Assembly (NCBI GenBank): GCA_903919075.1
Contig: CAIXGR010000007.1
Coordinates: 13,537 to 77,536 of the forward strand
From: an uncultured Bacteroidota bacterium
Lineage (GTDB): Bacteria > Bacteroidota > Bacteroidia > Chitinophagales > LD1
Length of the DNA: 64,000 bases
Reading direction: 5' to 3'
The first letter of the stretch is position 1. Every line of letters begins with the position of its first letter. The notes below the pieces were generated by a model. That model ran no database searches. It was not told where the DNA came from and worked only from the letters and a program-made list of their open reading frames with translations. Made by a program: the position numbers and the translations under genes. This document shows, piece after piece, positions 8,580 to 18,066 of the stretch.

Positions 8580-9563
8580 TTGTTATCATTAAACAGTAAA
8601 ATTTTTTCGGTTACCGATTCTACATTTGAAGAGTTTGCGCTTGAAGTTTTCAAATACCAATTTGAAAACGTTGATATATACCGCGCCTTTTGTCAATCAT
8701 TAAAAAGAAGCCCTGCAACCGTTAAGGGCGTTACTGATATTCCATTTTTGCCAATTGAGTTTTTTAAAAGCCATAAAATTATTGCATCAAACTGTGTAGA
8801 ACAAAAGGTGTTTGAAAGCAGCGGAACTACCGGTGTGATACCTTCGCGACATTATGTTGCCGATGTTTCGTTATATGAGCAAAGCTTCATTTTAGGGTTC
8901 GAGAAATTTTATGGAGATCCTACAGAATATGTTTTTCTTGCTTTGCTGCCTTCATACATAGAGAGGGGTAATTCATCGCTTACCTATATGGCTGATAAAT
9001 TGATTGGCCTTTCGGGTAAACAGGAGAGTGGATTCTTTTTAAATGATTTTGAAAGGCTCCACAGTGTTTTGCTGGCATTGAAAGAGCGAAAGCAAAAAAC
9101 TATTCTGTTAGGTGTAAGTTTTGCTTTGCTAGATTTTTCTGAAATGTATCAAATAGATTTTCCGGAATTGATTGTTATGGAAACCGGAGGTATGAAAGGA
9201 AGGAGAGAAGAACTAACTCGTGAGGAAGTACATTATATATTAAAAGGTGGATTCGGTGTTACTAAAATACATTCGGAATTTGGTATGACTGAACTATTAA
9301 GCCAGGCTTATTCGAAGGGAAATGGCGTTTTTGATGCTCCGCCGTGGATGAAAATTCTTACCAGAGATGTGTATGACCCTATGAGAATTGGTGGTTTTGA
9401 CACTGTGGGAGCTGTGAATTTGATAGATTTTGCCAACCTTTTTTCCTGTTCTTTCATAGCCACAAGTGATTTGGGCAGGGTAACTAAAGACGGAAATTTT
9501 GAAGTTTTGGGTAGGGTAGATAATGCAGAGTTGAGAGGGTGTAATCTTATGGTGATGGAATAA
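8580..9563 (+). CDS. LuxE/PaaK-family adenylate-forming acyltransferase (acyl-protein synthetase-like)
   Basis: 327 aa with a TTG start in the track. The sequence (FENVDIYRAFCQSL..IPFLPIEFFKSHKI..SSGTTG..ETGGMKGRR) matches the Bacteroidota LuxE-like acyl transferase family as I recall it. Confidence 0.6.
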   Translation: MLSLNSKIFSVTDSTFEEFALEVFKYQFENVDIYRAFCQSLKRSPATVKGVTDIPFLPIEFFKSHKIIASNCVEQKVFESSGTTGVIPSRHYVADVSLYEQSFILGFEKFYGDPTEYVFLALLPSYIERGNSSLTYMADKLIGLSGKQESGFFLNDFERLHSVLLALKERKQKTILLGVSFALLDFSEMYQIDFPELIVMETGGMKGRREELTREEVHYILKGGFGVTKIHSEFGMTELLSQAYSKGNGVFDAPPWMKILTRDVYDPMRIGGFDTVGAVNLIDFANLFSCSFIATSDLGRVTKDGNFEVLGRVDNAELRGCNLMVME

Positions 9564-9901
9564 CGCAAGCCAGGCGCATTAATACAAATTGCATAAATTT
9601 ATCTTGTATTTCCTGCTTTATATCAACTAGTTATAGTGTTTTATTTAAGTCTAGTTCAACAAATCCAGTATATATTAAGAAATCATTGCGTGGGTATAAG
9701 TATACTTCTGCAGGTAGTTTAAAATATGCACAAAAATGCTATGTGTAAGTGAAAATGTGAGTTTTTAGAGGACACCTATAATCTTTTTGTTTCTATAAAC
9801 AAACAAATTTTAGCAATGAAATGTGCATAACATATTTCAACAAACATTCAGATTTAATAATTTTGATTACTATCTTTCGCTCATTAAAAACCAAAATTAT
9901 T

Positions 9902-10234
9902 ATGGCAACTAAAAAAGCAACAGCTAAAAAAGCAACAGCAAAAAAGGCACCAGCTAAAAAAGCCGCGAAGCCTGCAACAAAAAGAAAACCTAACGCAGCC
10001 TTCATGAAACCGATGAACATCGGCGCTGCATTACAGCCTATCGTAGGCAGCAAACCTCTTCCACGTACTGAGGTAACCAAGAAAGTTTGGGAATACATTA
10101 AGAAGAACAAACTTCAAGATGCAAAAGAAAGACGTAACATTAATGGTGATGCTAATCTTCAAAAAGTTTTCGGTGGCAAAAAAACCGTAAGCATGTTTGA
10201 AATGGCTAAGCACATCAACAACAATCTTTCTTAG
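9902..10234 (+). CDS. SWIB/MDM2 domain protein with Lys/Ala-rich histone-H1-like N-terminal tail
   Basis: The start is set at the ATG at 9902 (MATKKATAKKATAKKAPAKKAAKPATKRKP). The C-terminal core PLPRTEVTKKVWEYIKKNKLQD...NGDANLQKVFGGKKTVSMFEMAKHI is a SWIB/MDM2 signature. Confidence 0.85.
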   Translation: MATKKATAKKATAKKAPAKKAAKPATKRKPNAAFMKPMNIGAALQPIVGSKPLPRTEVTKKVWEYIKKNKLQDAKERRNINGDANLQKVFGGKKTVSMFEMAKHINNNLS

Positions 10235-10275
10235 TAGTTTTCAGCAAAAAGGATTAAACCTTTTTATTATAAAAA

Positions 10276-10309
10276 TTGCCCCGCTAGTTTTAGTGGGGCA
10301 ATTTTTTTT
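10276..10309 (+). terminator. Bidirectional rho-independent terminator between convergent genes
   Basis: Hairpin TTGCCCCGCTA / TAGTGGGGCAA (one G-U pair) flanked by AAAAA upstream and TTTTTTTT downstream. It sits between the SWIB gene (+) and the ankyrin gene (-). Confidence 0.8.
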
Positions 10310-10360
10310 AAGCATTATTTCCTCAGATGTTTATGGTTACATTGGAATAATTGCAATTAA

Positions 10361-10948
10361 TTATTTGGATAGACTTTTCAGTTTTGCGATGGTTGCATTT
10401 TTATCAATGCGGGCATCTTTGTTACTCTGTATCGTGTAATCAGTTATCTCAGCTTTAATTGCATAATCAAGTGCTGTCATTCCTGTTGCATCTTTTTTTG
10501 AAGCATCAGCACCTTTAGCAAGTAAGTGTTCAACTACATCTACTTTAGCATTTTGGGCGGCAAGCATTAACGCAGTGGCGCCATTCGCTGACGCTATATT
10601 TACATCAGCACCACTTTTAGTTAGTAAAGTTGTAGCCGTTATGCCGCCATAATATGCACAGGCTACCATTAAAGGCGTACGTCCTTTTGCCGATCTGGGT
10701 TCATCGGGTTTTGCTCCATTGGTGAGCAAAAGTTTTATCATAGGAATATCGTTCCACCTACACGCAACCATAAGCGGGCTGCTACCATTTTCGTCTAGCT
10801 TGTTTGGGTCAGATCCTGATTTTATAAGTTTTAAAGCCAGAGTGGTATCGTTTTTGTTTACTGCTTCTATAAGTGTTTGCGACTTAGCTGCAAAGGGCAC
10901 AAACAGGATAAGAATAATAAGGGCTATTAATGAACAATCTTTTATCAT
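10361..10948 (-). CDS. Secreted ankyrin-repeat protein
   Basis: Signal peptide (MIKDCSLIALIILILFVPFAAKSQ) followed by about 4 ANK repeats (G.TPLM.A....G......LL..GADVN-type motifs). Confidence 0.85.
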   Translation of the reverse strand: MIKDCSLIALIILILFVPFAAKSQTLIEAVNKNDTTLALKLIKSGSDPNKLDENGSSPLMVACRWNDIPMIKLLLTNGAKPDEPRSAKGRTPLMVACAYYGGITATTLLTKSGADVNIASANGATALMLAAQNAKVDVVEHLLAKGADASKKDATGMTALDYAIKAEITDYTIQSNKDARIDKNATIAKLKSLSK

Positions 10949-11063
10949 AGTTTATAATTTAATCAAATATATCTCAATTACTTTAAAAATGACATTAGCC
11001 AATTTATCAATGATAATTTAGCCGCCGAAATTTTAACTTAGCCAAAATCATTCAATCTCTTTT

Positions 11064-12218
11064 ATGCTTTCGTTTTGGGAAAAACAGTCGCTAATAAATT
11101 ACGACATTATAATTATTGGTAGTGGTATTGTGGGGCTTTCAACTGCAATTTCTATAAAAGAAAAATCGCCTGGAAAAAGGGTGATGGTTCTTGAACGCGC
11201 TGTTTTGCCAACCGGTGCAAGTACTAAAAATGCAGGTTTTGCGTGTATTGGCAGCCTTACCGAAATTCTTGATGATTTAAAGGTAATGAGTGCGGAAGAA
11301 GTATTGCAACTGGTAGCCTTACGCCTAAGCGGGTTGAGAAAACTAAAAGCCCGACTAGGTGAGAGCAATATTGAATATGCAGAAAATGGCAGTTGGGAAC
11401 TAATAAGAAATGAGCAAAGCGAATTGGCAGCGCTAAATAGCCTAGATGATATTAACGAAAAACTTAAACCGGTGGTGGGTGGAAAAGCTTTTGAGTGTTA
11501 TCCCTACAAAGCCAAAAAAGCTGAGTTCGGGTTTAATGATAGATATGTAGAATATGTGGTGAAAAATAATTACGAGGGGGAATTGAATACCGGTAAGATG
11601 ATGCGCTGCCTAATTGATTTGTGTTTGGCAAAAGGTGTTGAAATAAAAACCGGTTGCAATGTTGTGAAGATAGACGAAAATGAAACCGGCGTAAGTATAA
11701 TTGTTAGCAATTCATTTTCGGAAACAGAAATAGTGTTTAGGGCAACGCAAGCGGGTATTTGTACTAACGCGTTTACAGGTAGTTTATATCCTGACCTTGA
11801 TATACAACCGGGTCGCGGACAGGTACTGGTAACAAAACCTATTTCAAATGTTACTTTTAAGGGCATTTATCATTTTAATAAAGGATTCTATTATTTTAGA
11901 AGACTTGGTGATAGGGTATTATTCGGTGGGGGTAGAAATCTGGATATTGAAACAGAACGGACTACAGATTTTTCGGCCAATGAAAAGATAAGGAAAGACC
12001 TGCTTGATAAACTGGCCGATATGATTCTACCGGGCCAGGCTTTTGACGTGGAAGATTGGTGGACAGGGATAATGGCATTTGGGGCAACTAAAAAGCCAAT
12101 TCTGAAACGACAATCGAAAAGCATAAGCCTTGGGGTAAGAATGGGCGGTATGGGGGTAGCTATTGGCAGTGAAATAGGAGAGCAGCTGGCTGAAATGATA
12201 CTAAATGGCCTTAGATAG
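11064..12218 (+). CDS. FAD-dependent oxidoreductase (DAO/glycine-oxidase-like family)
   Basis: N-terminal Rossmann motif YDIIIIGSGIVGLSTA. Length of about 380 aa and overall layout fit the DAO family. Confidence 0.75.
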   Translation: MLSFWEKQSLINYDIIIIGSGIVGLSTAISIKEKSPGKRVMVLERAVLPTGASTKNAGFACIGSLTEILDDLKVMSAEEVLQLVALRLSGLRKLKARLGESNIEYAENGSWELIRNEQSELAALNSLDDINEKLKPVVGGKAFECYPYKAKKAEFGFNDRYVEYVVKNNYEGELNTGKMMRCLIDLCLAKGVEIKTGCNVVKIDENETGVSIIVSNSFSETEIVFRATQAGICTNAFTGSLYPDLDIQPGRGQVLVTKPISNVTFKGIYHFNKGFYYFRRLGDRVLFGGGRNLDIETERTTDFSANEKIRKDLLDKLADMILPGQAFDVEDWWTGIMAFGATKKPILKRQSKSISLGVRMGGMGVAIGSEIGEQLAEMILNGLR

Positions 12219-12236
12219 TACAGAAAGGCCATTTTT
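12203..12236 (+). terminator. Putative rho-independent terminator overlapping the stop codon
   Basis: AAATGGCCTT (12203-12212) / AAGGCCATTT (12225-12234) followed by TTTGG. Confidence 0.5.
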
Positions 12237-12357
12237 GGTTTAAATTATTTTAACAGCCTTGCTTGACTATCACAAAAAAAAATATTACTTTCAGTATGGA
12301 ATTTAAAGACACATATCATCTAATACTTGATTGTTTAACAAAAAAACATTTACAGTT

Positions 12358-13182
12358 ATGAAAAACTATTCACTTACATTATTTGCAGTTTTTATGATTG
12401 CAGCAAATGCAATTTTTGCCGAAGAGCCAATTGTTAAACCTCAAATACTAAATACCACACAAGCTGCCAAGCTTGATTTGAACGGTAAGTGGAGTGGTAA
12501 GCGGAACCAATATTCATGGGATAAGAAAACTTTTATTGAGTCTTTTCAATACGAATTTGATTTAAAACAAGAAGGCAACATTGTTACCGGCACTTCTACT
12601 ATTATGAATAGTAATGGTGAGTATGCCGATATGCAACTGGAAGGTGTTGTTATAGGCAACAAACTACATTTCAGAGAATATGAAGTGAAAGGCGCAATTC
12701 GCCCAGATGGTAAAGTATGGTGCTTTAAAAGCGGTGAACTTAATTTTGCAAAAGTTGGTGACGATATTAAACTTGTGGGCTCAACACCTAGCTTTATGGA
12801 AGTATACAACTATCCATGCTCTGGTGGTGAAACTGACCTTAAAAAGGTTGACAACAGCACTAACCTTTCGGTTTTAGTAGAAACCACTCCATCAGGCGAA
12901 GCTAAAGTGGAAAGCACTTTAAATCTTAATGCATACCCCAATCCATTTGTTGATAATGCTAATATTAGCTATAATCTTACCGGAGAGAATTCAAGGGTGA
13001 AACTTGAGGTATATGATATATCAGGTAAATTTGTTGCTAGCCTTTTTGAAGGAACACAAAATGCAGGCAACTACACCTATAATTTCAATAGCAAAAATTT
13101 TAGCTCAAACAGCGGAATTTATATTGCGAAAATGACTATAAACGATGCTGTTTACAGCCAGCAAATGGTGCAAACCAGATAA
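12358..13182 (+). CDS. T9SS type A C-terminal sorting-domain secreted protein, function unknown
   Basis: The start is set at the internal Met with a signal peptide (MKNYSLTLFAVFMIAANAIFA). The C-terminal roughly 80 aa LNAYPNPFVDNANISYNL...IYIAKMTINDAVYSQQMV is a classic Por/T9SS CTD. Confidence 0.8.
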   Translation: MKNYSLTLFAVFMIAANAIFAEEPIVKPQILNTTQAAKLDLNGKWSGKRNQYSWDKKTFIESFQYEFDLKQEGNIVTGTSTIMNSNGEYADMQLEGVVIGNKLHFREYEVKGAIRPDGKVWCFKSGELNFAKVGDDIKLVGSTPSFMEVYNYPCSGGETDLKKVDNSTNLSVLVETTPSGEAKVESTLNLNAYPNPFVDNANISYNLTGENSRVKLEVYDISGKFVASLFEGTQNAGNYTYNFNSKNFSSNSGIYIAKMTINDAVYSQQMVQTR

Positions 13183-13208
13183 AAAGTTTAAACTTAATTG
13201 ACATAATT

Positions 13209-13240
13209 AAAAGTCCCTGCTACTAGCAGGGACTTTTTTA
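13209..13240 (+). terminator. Rho-independent terminator
   Basis: AAGTCCCTGC TACTA GCAGGGACTT followed by TTTTTATTTTT. Confidence 0.8.
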
Positions 13241-13250
13241 TTTTTACCCG

Positions 13251-13865
13251 ATGACAAAAAAGGAAAGGGTAGATTTTATTATAGCTAAATTGGAGGAGTT
13301 GTACCCGGCTCCCGAAATTCCGCTAAACCATAAAGATGCCTATACCATGTTGATTTCAGTTTTGCTTTCGGCACAATGCACTGATAAAAGAGTTAACCTT
13401 ACCACACCCCATCTTTTTAAACTGGCGGATACACCGCAGAAAATGGTGAAGTTAAGTATTAAGCAAATTGAAGATATTGTAAGACCCTGTGGTTTAGCTC
13501 CGGCAAAATCAAAGGCTATACATGGCCTTTCGGAAATATTACTTGAAAAGCATAAGGGCAAAGTGCCCGATACTTTTGAGGAATTGGAACATTTACCCGG
13601 TGTGGGCCATAAAACAGCCTCGGTTATTATGACGCAGATATTTGGCAAGCCGGCATTTCCGGTAGATACCCATATTCATAGATTAATGCACCGGTGGAAG
13701 TTAAGTAACGGTAAAAGTGTTGAACAAACTGAAAAAGATGCCAAGCACCTTTTTCCTGAAAAGCTTTGGAACAAACTTCATTTACAGATTATTTATTTTG
13801 GCAGAGAATATTGTCCTGCACGCGGACATATAGAAGAAAATTGCCCTATTTGCAGTAAAATATAA
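13251..13865 (+). CDS. nth: Endonuclease III (DNA glycosylase/AP lyase)
   Basis: HhH-GPD motif LPGVGHKTASVIM, the catalytic region FPVDTHIHRL, and a C-terminal Cys cluster (C..C..CPIC). Confidence 0.9.
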   Translation: MTKKERVDFIIAKLEELYPAPEIPLNHKDAYTMLISVLLSAQCTDKRVNLTTPHLFKLADTPQKMVKLSIKQIEDIVRPCGLAPAKSKAIHGLSEILLEKHKGKVPDTFEELEHLPGVGHKTASVIMTQIFGKPAFPVDTHIHRLMHRWKLSNGKSVEQTEKDAKHLFPEKLWNKLHLQIIYFGREYCPARGHIEENCPICSKI

Positions 13866-14864
13866 TTGAAATTGGCTGATCAAAATCCAGAAAAAAGTAT
13901 TTTTCGCCTTCAACTTATTGCGGTTGTTATAGGGTTGTTATTGCTTTTGGCCAAATTCGGCGCTTATTTATTTACGCATTCAAATACCGTACTTACCGAC
14001 GCACTTGAATCAATTATTAACGTTGTAGCCGGTAGCTTTGCTTTGTATAGTTTATACATTTCATCTAAGCCTAAAGATTACGACCACCCTTACGGACATG
14101 GGAAAGTTGAGTTTATATCGGCTGGTTTTGAGGGCGTGCTGATAACACTTTCCGGTATTTTGATTATTGGTAAATCCATTATTTCATTATTCCATCACAA
14201 ACCGCTTGAACACCTTGATGTCGGTATTATAGTTGTTTTAGTTTCAGGCATCGTTAATTTAATATTGGGTGTAATGCTTGAAAAAGCTGGCGATAAGCAC
14301 CAATCGTTAATTATGAAAGCCGATGGGCAGCATCTTAAATCAGATGCCTATTCTTCTGCAGGAATTTTTGTAGGCCTGTTATTGATTGTTTTTACCCACT
14401 GGGAACCTTTAGATAATATAGTAGCTATCATCTTTAGCTTTGTAATTATGTATACCGGTATTAAGCTTATTCGTAAATCAGTGGCGGGTATTATGGATGA
14501 GGCTGATGAGAATTTGATGAAATCAATAGTTTCTCATTTAAGCTTGCATAGGAAAGCTGCATGGATAGATATTCATAATCTTCGTGTAATTCAGTATGGT
14601 AATAAGCTGCATGTTGATTGCCATGTAACATTGCCTTGGTATTTTACTTTAGAAGAAGCGCACAAAGAAATTGAAGAAATTGCAGCGATTATAAATTCTG
14701 AGTTTTCAGTACAGGTTGAGTTTTTTATTCATGGCGACCCATGTATTAAACAGTCGTGTAAAATATGTATGATAAGTGACTGCAAAGTGCGGCAGGAAGC
14801 ATTTGAGCAAAAGGTAGAGTGGAACATTGACAATGTAAGGTTGAATAAGAAGCATGGTTTATAA
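13866..14864 (+). CDS. Cation diffusion facilitator (CDF) family metal efflux transporter
   Basis: Six predicted TM segments, DALESIINV and H/D-rich motifs, and a C-terminal cytoplasmic domain. The track start is TTG, so the start is uncertain. Confidence 0.8.
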   Translation: MKLADQNPEKSIFRLQLIAVVIGLLLLLAKFGAYLFTHSNTVLTDALESIINVVAGSFALYSLYISSKPKDYDHPYGHGKVEFISAGFEGVLITLSGILIIGKSIISLFHHKPLEHLDVGIIVVLVSGIVNLILGVMLEKAGDKHQSLIMKADGQHLKSDAYSSAGIFVGLLLIVFTHWEPLDNIVAIIFSFVIMYTGIKLIRKSVAGIMDEADENLMKSIVSHLSLHRKAAWIDIHNLRVIQYGNKLHVDCHVTLPWYFTLEEAHKEIEEIAAIINSEFSVQVEFFIHGDPCIKQSCKICMISDCKVRQEAFEQKVEWNIDNVRLNKKHGL

Positions 14865-14897
14865 AAAAGTATAGAGCCAAGAAAAGTAGATTAAAAA

Positions 14898-15464
14898 ATG
14901 AAAAAGAATGTTGCACAAAACCCATGGCAAAAAATATCAAGTGAGGTGAAGTATGAGAACCCATGGATTAAGATTGTTGAAGATAAGGTGAAAAATCCTG
15001 CCGGAAATGATGGAATATATGGCGTGGTTCATTTTAAAACAAATGCAATAGCTATTATTCCGCTTGATGAAGAAAATAATACTTGGATAGTGGGTCAGTA
15101 TCGCTATCCGTTGGACAGTTACGAATGGGAGGTAATTGAAGGCGGTTGTCCCGAAGGTACTCCACCCCTTGAAACTGCCCGCCGTGAATTGATTGAAGAA
15201 GCCGGCCTAACTGCCGAACATTTTGAATTGATATTGGAGATGCAGCTTTCTAATTCAACTACCGATGAAGTTTCATATACCTATATCGCACGAGGGCTTA
15301 ATTATGTTGGAGAGCAGCCTGAAGAAGATGAAAGGTTGACTATCAGGAAACTTCCTTTTAAGGAATTGTACGAAATGGCATTGCGAGGAGAGATACGCGA
15401 TGGGCTTTCAGTGGCAAGTATTTTGAAGGCTAAAGTGATATTGGAAGCTGATGCAAAGAAATAG
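14898..15464 (+). CDS. NUDIX hydrolase (ADP-ribose pyrophosphatase-like)
   Basis: Nudix box GGCPEGTPPLETARRELIEEAGL. Confidence 0.85.
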   Translation: MKKNVAQNPWQKISSEVKYENPWIKIVEDKVKNPAGNDGIYGVVHFKTNAIAIIPLDEENNTWIVGQYRYPLDSYEWEVIEGGCPEGTPPLETARRELIEEAGLTAEHFELILEMQLSNSTTDEVSYTYIARGLNYVGEQPEEDERLTIRKLPFKELYEMALRGEIRDGLSVASILKAKVILEADAKK

Positions 15465-15582
15465 GATGGAAGCCATGCTTAATAGCAGAACTGGGGTACT
15501 TGATGGTTATAAACATTGAATTCAATCAATTAACATATGAGGTAGCAAAGTTGGAGATTTATTTGTAATTTTAAATATTACG

Positions 15583-15590
15583 TATATTTG
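15583..15590 (+). promoter_or_regulatory. Candidate Bacteroidota -7 promoter box (TAnnTTTG)
   Basis: TATATTTG lies 17 nt upstream of the ATG at 15607. This is a motif match only. Confidence 0.3.
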
Positions 15591-15606
15591 AAAAACAAAT
15601 CCCCCG

Positions 15607-16272
15607 ATGAAACTTTCTTTACTTGCCATATTGTTTTTTTTCTGTTCGTTTGTGCATGCCTCTGCCGATGATTCATTAACTAGTAAGAAAAAAGTTTATG
15701 AGCAGGATTTGTTCATTAATACCACGTTTTTTATAAAACAAATTGTAAGTCTTAGTAATAGTAATATAGCTATTAGCCCTTATATAGTGGGATATAAATG
15801 TTTCTTCACAAAGCATCACGGCATAAGAGTTTCAGTAGGTGGAAGTTTAAACCATTCTAAACAATTTCCTGATTCAACATTTGTAACTATTACAAGCACA
15901 GGCACTCTCAACTCTCGCGTAGGTTATGAATACCGCTGTAAAATGGGCAAGCTATGGAGCTTTTTTACAGGTATTGATGTTTTATTTGACTACAGTTATA
16001 ATAATGTAAAAGTTAATTCTACCGATGATTTGGTAACCACTAATAGTAACACTTGGGATATTGGTGGTGGCCCTATTGCTGGTATTCAGCTTAATATAGG
16101 TAAAAGGGTTGCCCTATTTACTGAGACTGCTTTTTATTATACCTATGGCAGGGCGAACGAAAAAGTTACTTCGGTTAGTTTTCCTGAGTTAAATAATAAC
16201 AAAGCTGTTGCCATTAATCAAAGCGGGCAATTTTTATTGCCAACTTCCGTTTATTTTGTTTTTAAATTTTAA
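15607..16272 (+). CDS. Hypothetical outer-membrane beta-barrel-like protein
   Basis: Signal peptide (LLAILFFFCSFVHASA), alternating beta-strand-like pattern, and a C-terminal ...VYFVFKF. Confidence 0.5.
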   Translation: MKLSLLAILFFFCSFVHASADDSLTSKKKVYEQDLFINTTFFIKQIVSLSNSNIAISPYIVGYKCFFTKHHGIRVSVGGSLNHSKQFPDSTFVTITSTGTLNSRVGYEYRCKMGKLWSFFTGIDVLFDYSYNNVKVNSTDDLVTTNSNTWDIGGGPIAGIQLNIGKRVALFTETAFYYTYGRANEKVTSVSFPELNNNKAVAINQSGQFLLPTSVYFVFKF

Positions 16273-16282
16273 AAGGTTACAT

Positions 16283-17440
16283 ATGAAGAAGTATCCAGTT
16301 GTTTTATTATCGGGAATTGCTGTGGCTGCTTTAATCTTCAATTCCTGTAATAAGCAAACGGCACTAAAGCCATTAACGCCTAACCTGCCCTCTCAAAAAT
16401 ATGACTACGAGTCTGTTATGAGTAATTCGGTTTTGCAGGCTTCTGGTAGCAATGTTCCGTTTAATAATATGGTTAGCAATGCTGGTGCTACTTTGGGCAG
16501 AGTGCTTTTTTATGATCCGCGGCTTTCAATAAATAACTCTGTATCATGTGGTAATTGCCATAAGCAGCAGTATGGTTTTGCCGATAATACTGCACTGAGT
16601 ATTGGTTACAAAGGCCAAAAAGGTACACGCAATGCATTAGCGCTTATTAACTCTTCTACTAAAGCAAGTTTTTTCTGGGATGGGAGAGCGTCAACACTAG
16701 AAGAGCAGGCGCTTATGCCGGTTGTTAACCATGCTGAAATGGGGATGGAAAGATTAGATGTGTTGACAAAAAAACTAGCCGTAATAAGTTATTACCCACA
16801 ATTATTTGAAGATGCATTTGGCAGTGCAGAAATAACTGAGCAAGAAATTTCTTATGCAATTGCACAGTTTGTGCGTTCAATAGTAAGCACAAATAGCAAG
16901 TTCGATGTAAACTCTCAAAATTTTACACCTCAGGAGCGCAGAGGTATGGAGTTATTTATAGATAAATTTCAATGCGCTAATTGCCATAGAGGCGAAAACT
17001 TTGGCGGAGCACCATTGGCTGATACTTATTTTAATGAAGGAGCACCTTCGGGAGTTAGCATTCAAAATATTTCGAATATTGGTTTGGATGTTCAATATGC
17101 CGATCGTGGCGTGGGCTCATTGCTTAACAACTCTAAGTTAAATGGCGATTTCGTAATACCTTCTCTGCGCAATGTTGCGCTTACTGCACCATATATGCAT
17201 GACGGCCGTTTTGCAACCCTTGAGGAAGCTGTAGACCATTACAGCACTGGCATTTTGCCAAATGCTAATCTTGATCCGTTCTTGTTACAACCAAATTTCT
17301 TCTTTAATCCATCTCTTCCTGCGCAGCCGGTAAAAATGAATATGACTGATGAAGAAAAGCAATCGCTGGTAGCTTTTTTGCAAACACTTACTGATAATAC
17401 ATTAGCTACAAATCCAAAGTATTCTAATCCATTTAAATAA
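16283..17440 (+). CDS. Di-haem cytochrome c peroxidase (CCP/MauG family), lipoprotein
   Basis: The start is moved to ATG 16283 to remove the overlap with the upstream gene. It has a lipobox (LIFNSCNK), two CXXCH motifs (CGNCH, CANCH) and the conserved PSLRNVALTAPYMHDG. Confidence 0.88.
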   Translation: MKKYPVVLLSGIAVAALIFNSCNKQTALKPLTPNLPSQKYDYESVMSNSVLQASGSNVPFNNMVSNAGATLGRVLFYDPRLSINNSVSCGNCHKQQYGFADNTALSIGYKGQKGTRNALALINSSTKASFFWDGRASTLEEQALMPVVNHAEMGMERLDVLTKKLAVISYYPQLFEDAFGSAEITEQEISYAIAQFVRSIVSTNSKFDVNSQNFTPQERRGMELFIDKFQCANCHRGENFGGAPLADTYFNEGAPSGVSIQNISNIGLDVQYADRGVGSLLNNSKLNGDFVIPSLRNVALTAPYMHDGRFATLEEAVDHYSTGILPNANLDPFLLQPNFFFNPSLPAQPVKMNMTDEEKQSLVAFLQTLTDNTLATNPKYSNPFK

Positions 17441-17445
17441 GCTTT

Positions 17446-18000
17446 ATGCCCGGTAAAAAGTTTCTTGCTTTTGTGATTTCAGTGGCAGTTATTTTTTTTA
17501 TTCAATCCTGTAAACCCGGATGTCCTGATAAAGCTGCTTTTAATTATTCTCCTTCTGCTAAGGAGAATGATGGAAGCTGTTTGTACTGCGATAGCACGAT
17601 GGTTGTTGCCCAAACAAATTACAGTTCAATTGAAGATAGAAATTCGCAAAGCCAGTATGAGTATCAATATGTAATGCGGGCACAGCTTTCTATTGTAATG
17701 CAGCAATTAAGCGGAAATGGTTGCAGGCAATTGGGCTACAATAACACTTTTAATGGTAACTTTTGCACCAACTATTCTAACTATTTGCAGTTGATAAATT
17801 TTACGTCTAAGAATATTACTTTCTCGGGGCAGGTATTTGTTGAATATAGTAGCAAAACATTAACTTATACGTTTAACTCAGCAGTGGTTCCGGCTTACGA
17901 TACTTTGAAGGTAGGTAATATTGGAAATGTATGCGACCCGAGCACCTTTCCATTTGCTCAAATAAGTATTCCTAATAGCTATACAATTCAATATAATTAG
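17446..18000 (+). CDS. Hypothetical Cys-rich lipoprotein
   Basis: Lipobox (FFIQSCKPGC). It lies 5 bp downstream of the peroxidase gene, so it is probably co-transcribed. It carries a CPDKAAFNYSP..NDGSCLYC motif. Confidence 0.5.
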   Translation: MPGKKFLAFVISVAVIFFIQSCKPGCPDKAAFNYSPSAKENDGSCLYCDSTMVVAQTNYSSIEDRNSQSQYEYQYVMRAQLSIVMQQLSGNGCRQLGYNNTFNGNFCTNYSNYLQLINFTSKNITFSGQVFVEYSSKTLTYTFNSAVVPAYDTLKVGNIGNVCDPSTFPFAQISIPNSYTIQYN

Positions 18001-18066
18001 GGTTAGCTATTGGCTAATGTTGAATTGAGTATCTCAAAAAGGAATAAATTTTAAGGTAATAATCGT

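Noticed and set aside
16208-16282. An N-terminal extension of the peroxidase ORF overlapping the upstream gene by 65 nt. Similar 5' extensions occur at 905-946, 8518-8589, 9821-9901, 12331-12357, 21809-21832, 32571-32645, 34146-34190, 36469-36513, 56611-56631 and 61581-61634.
   Set aside because: In each case an internal Met immediately precedes a canonical signal peptide or lipobox, or removes an implausible overlap. The longer track starts are often non-ATG.
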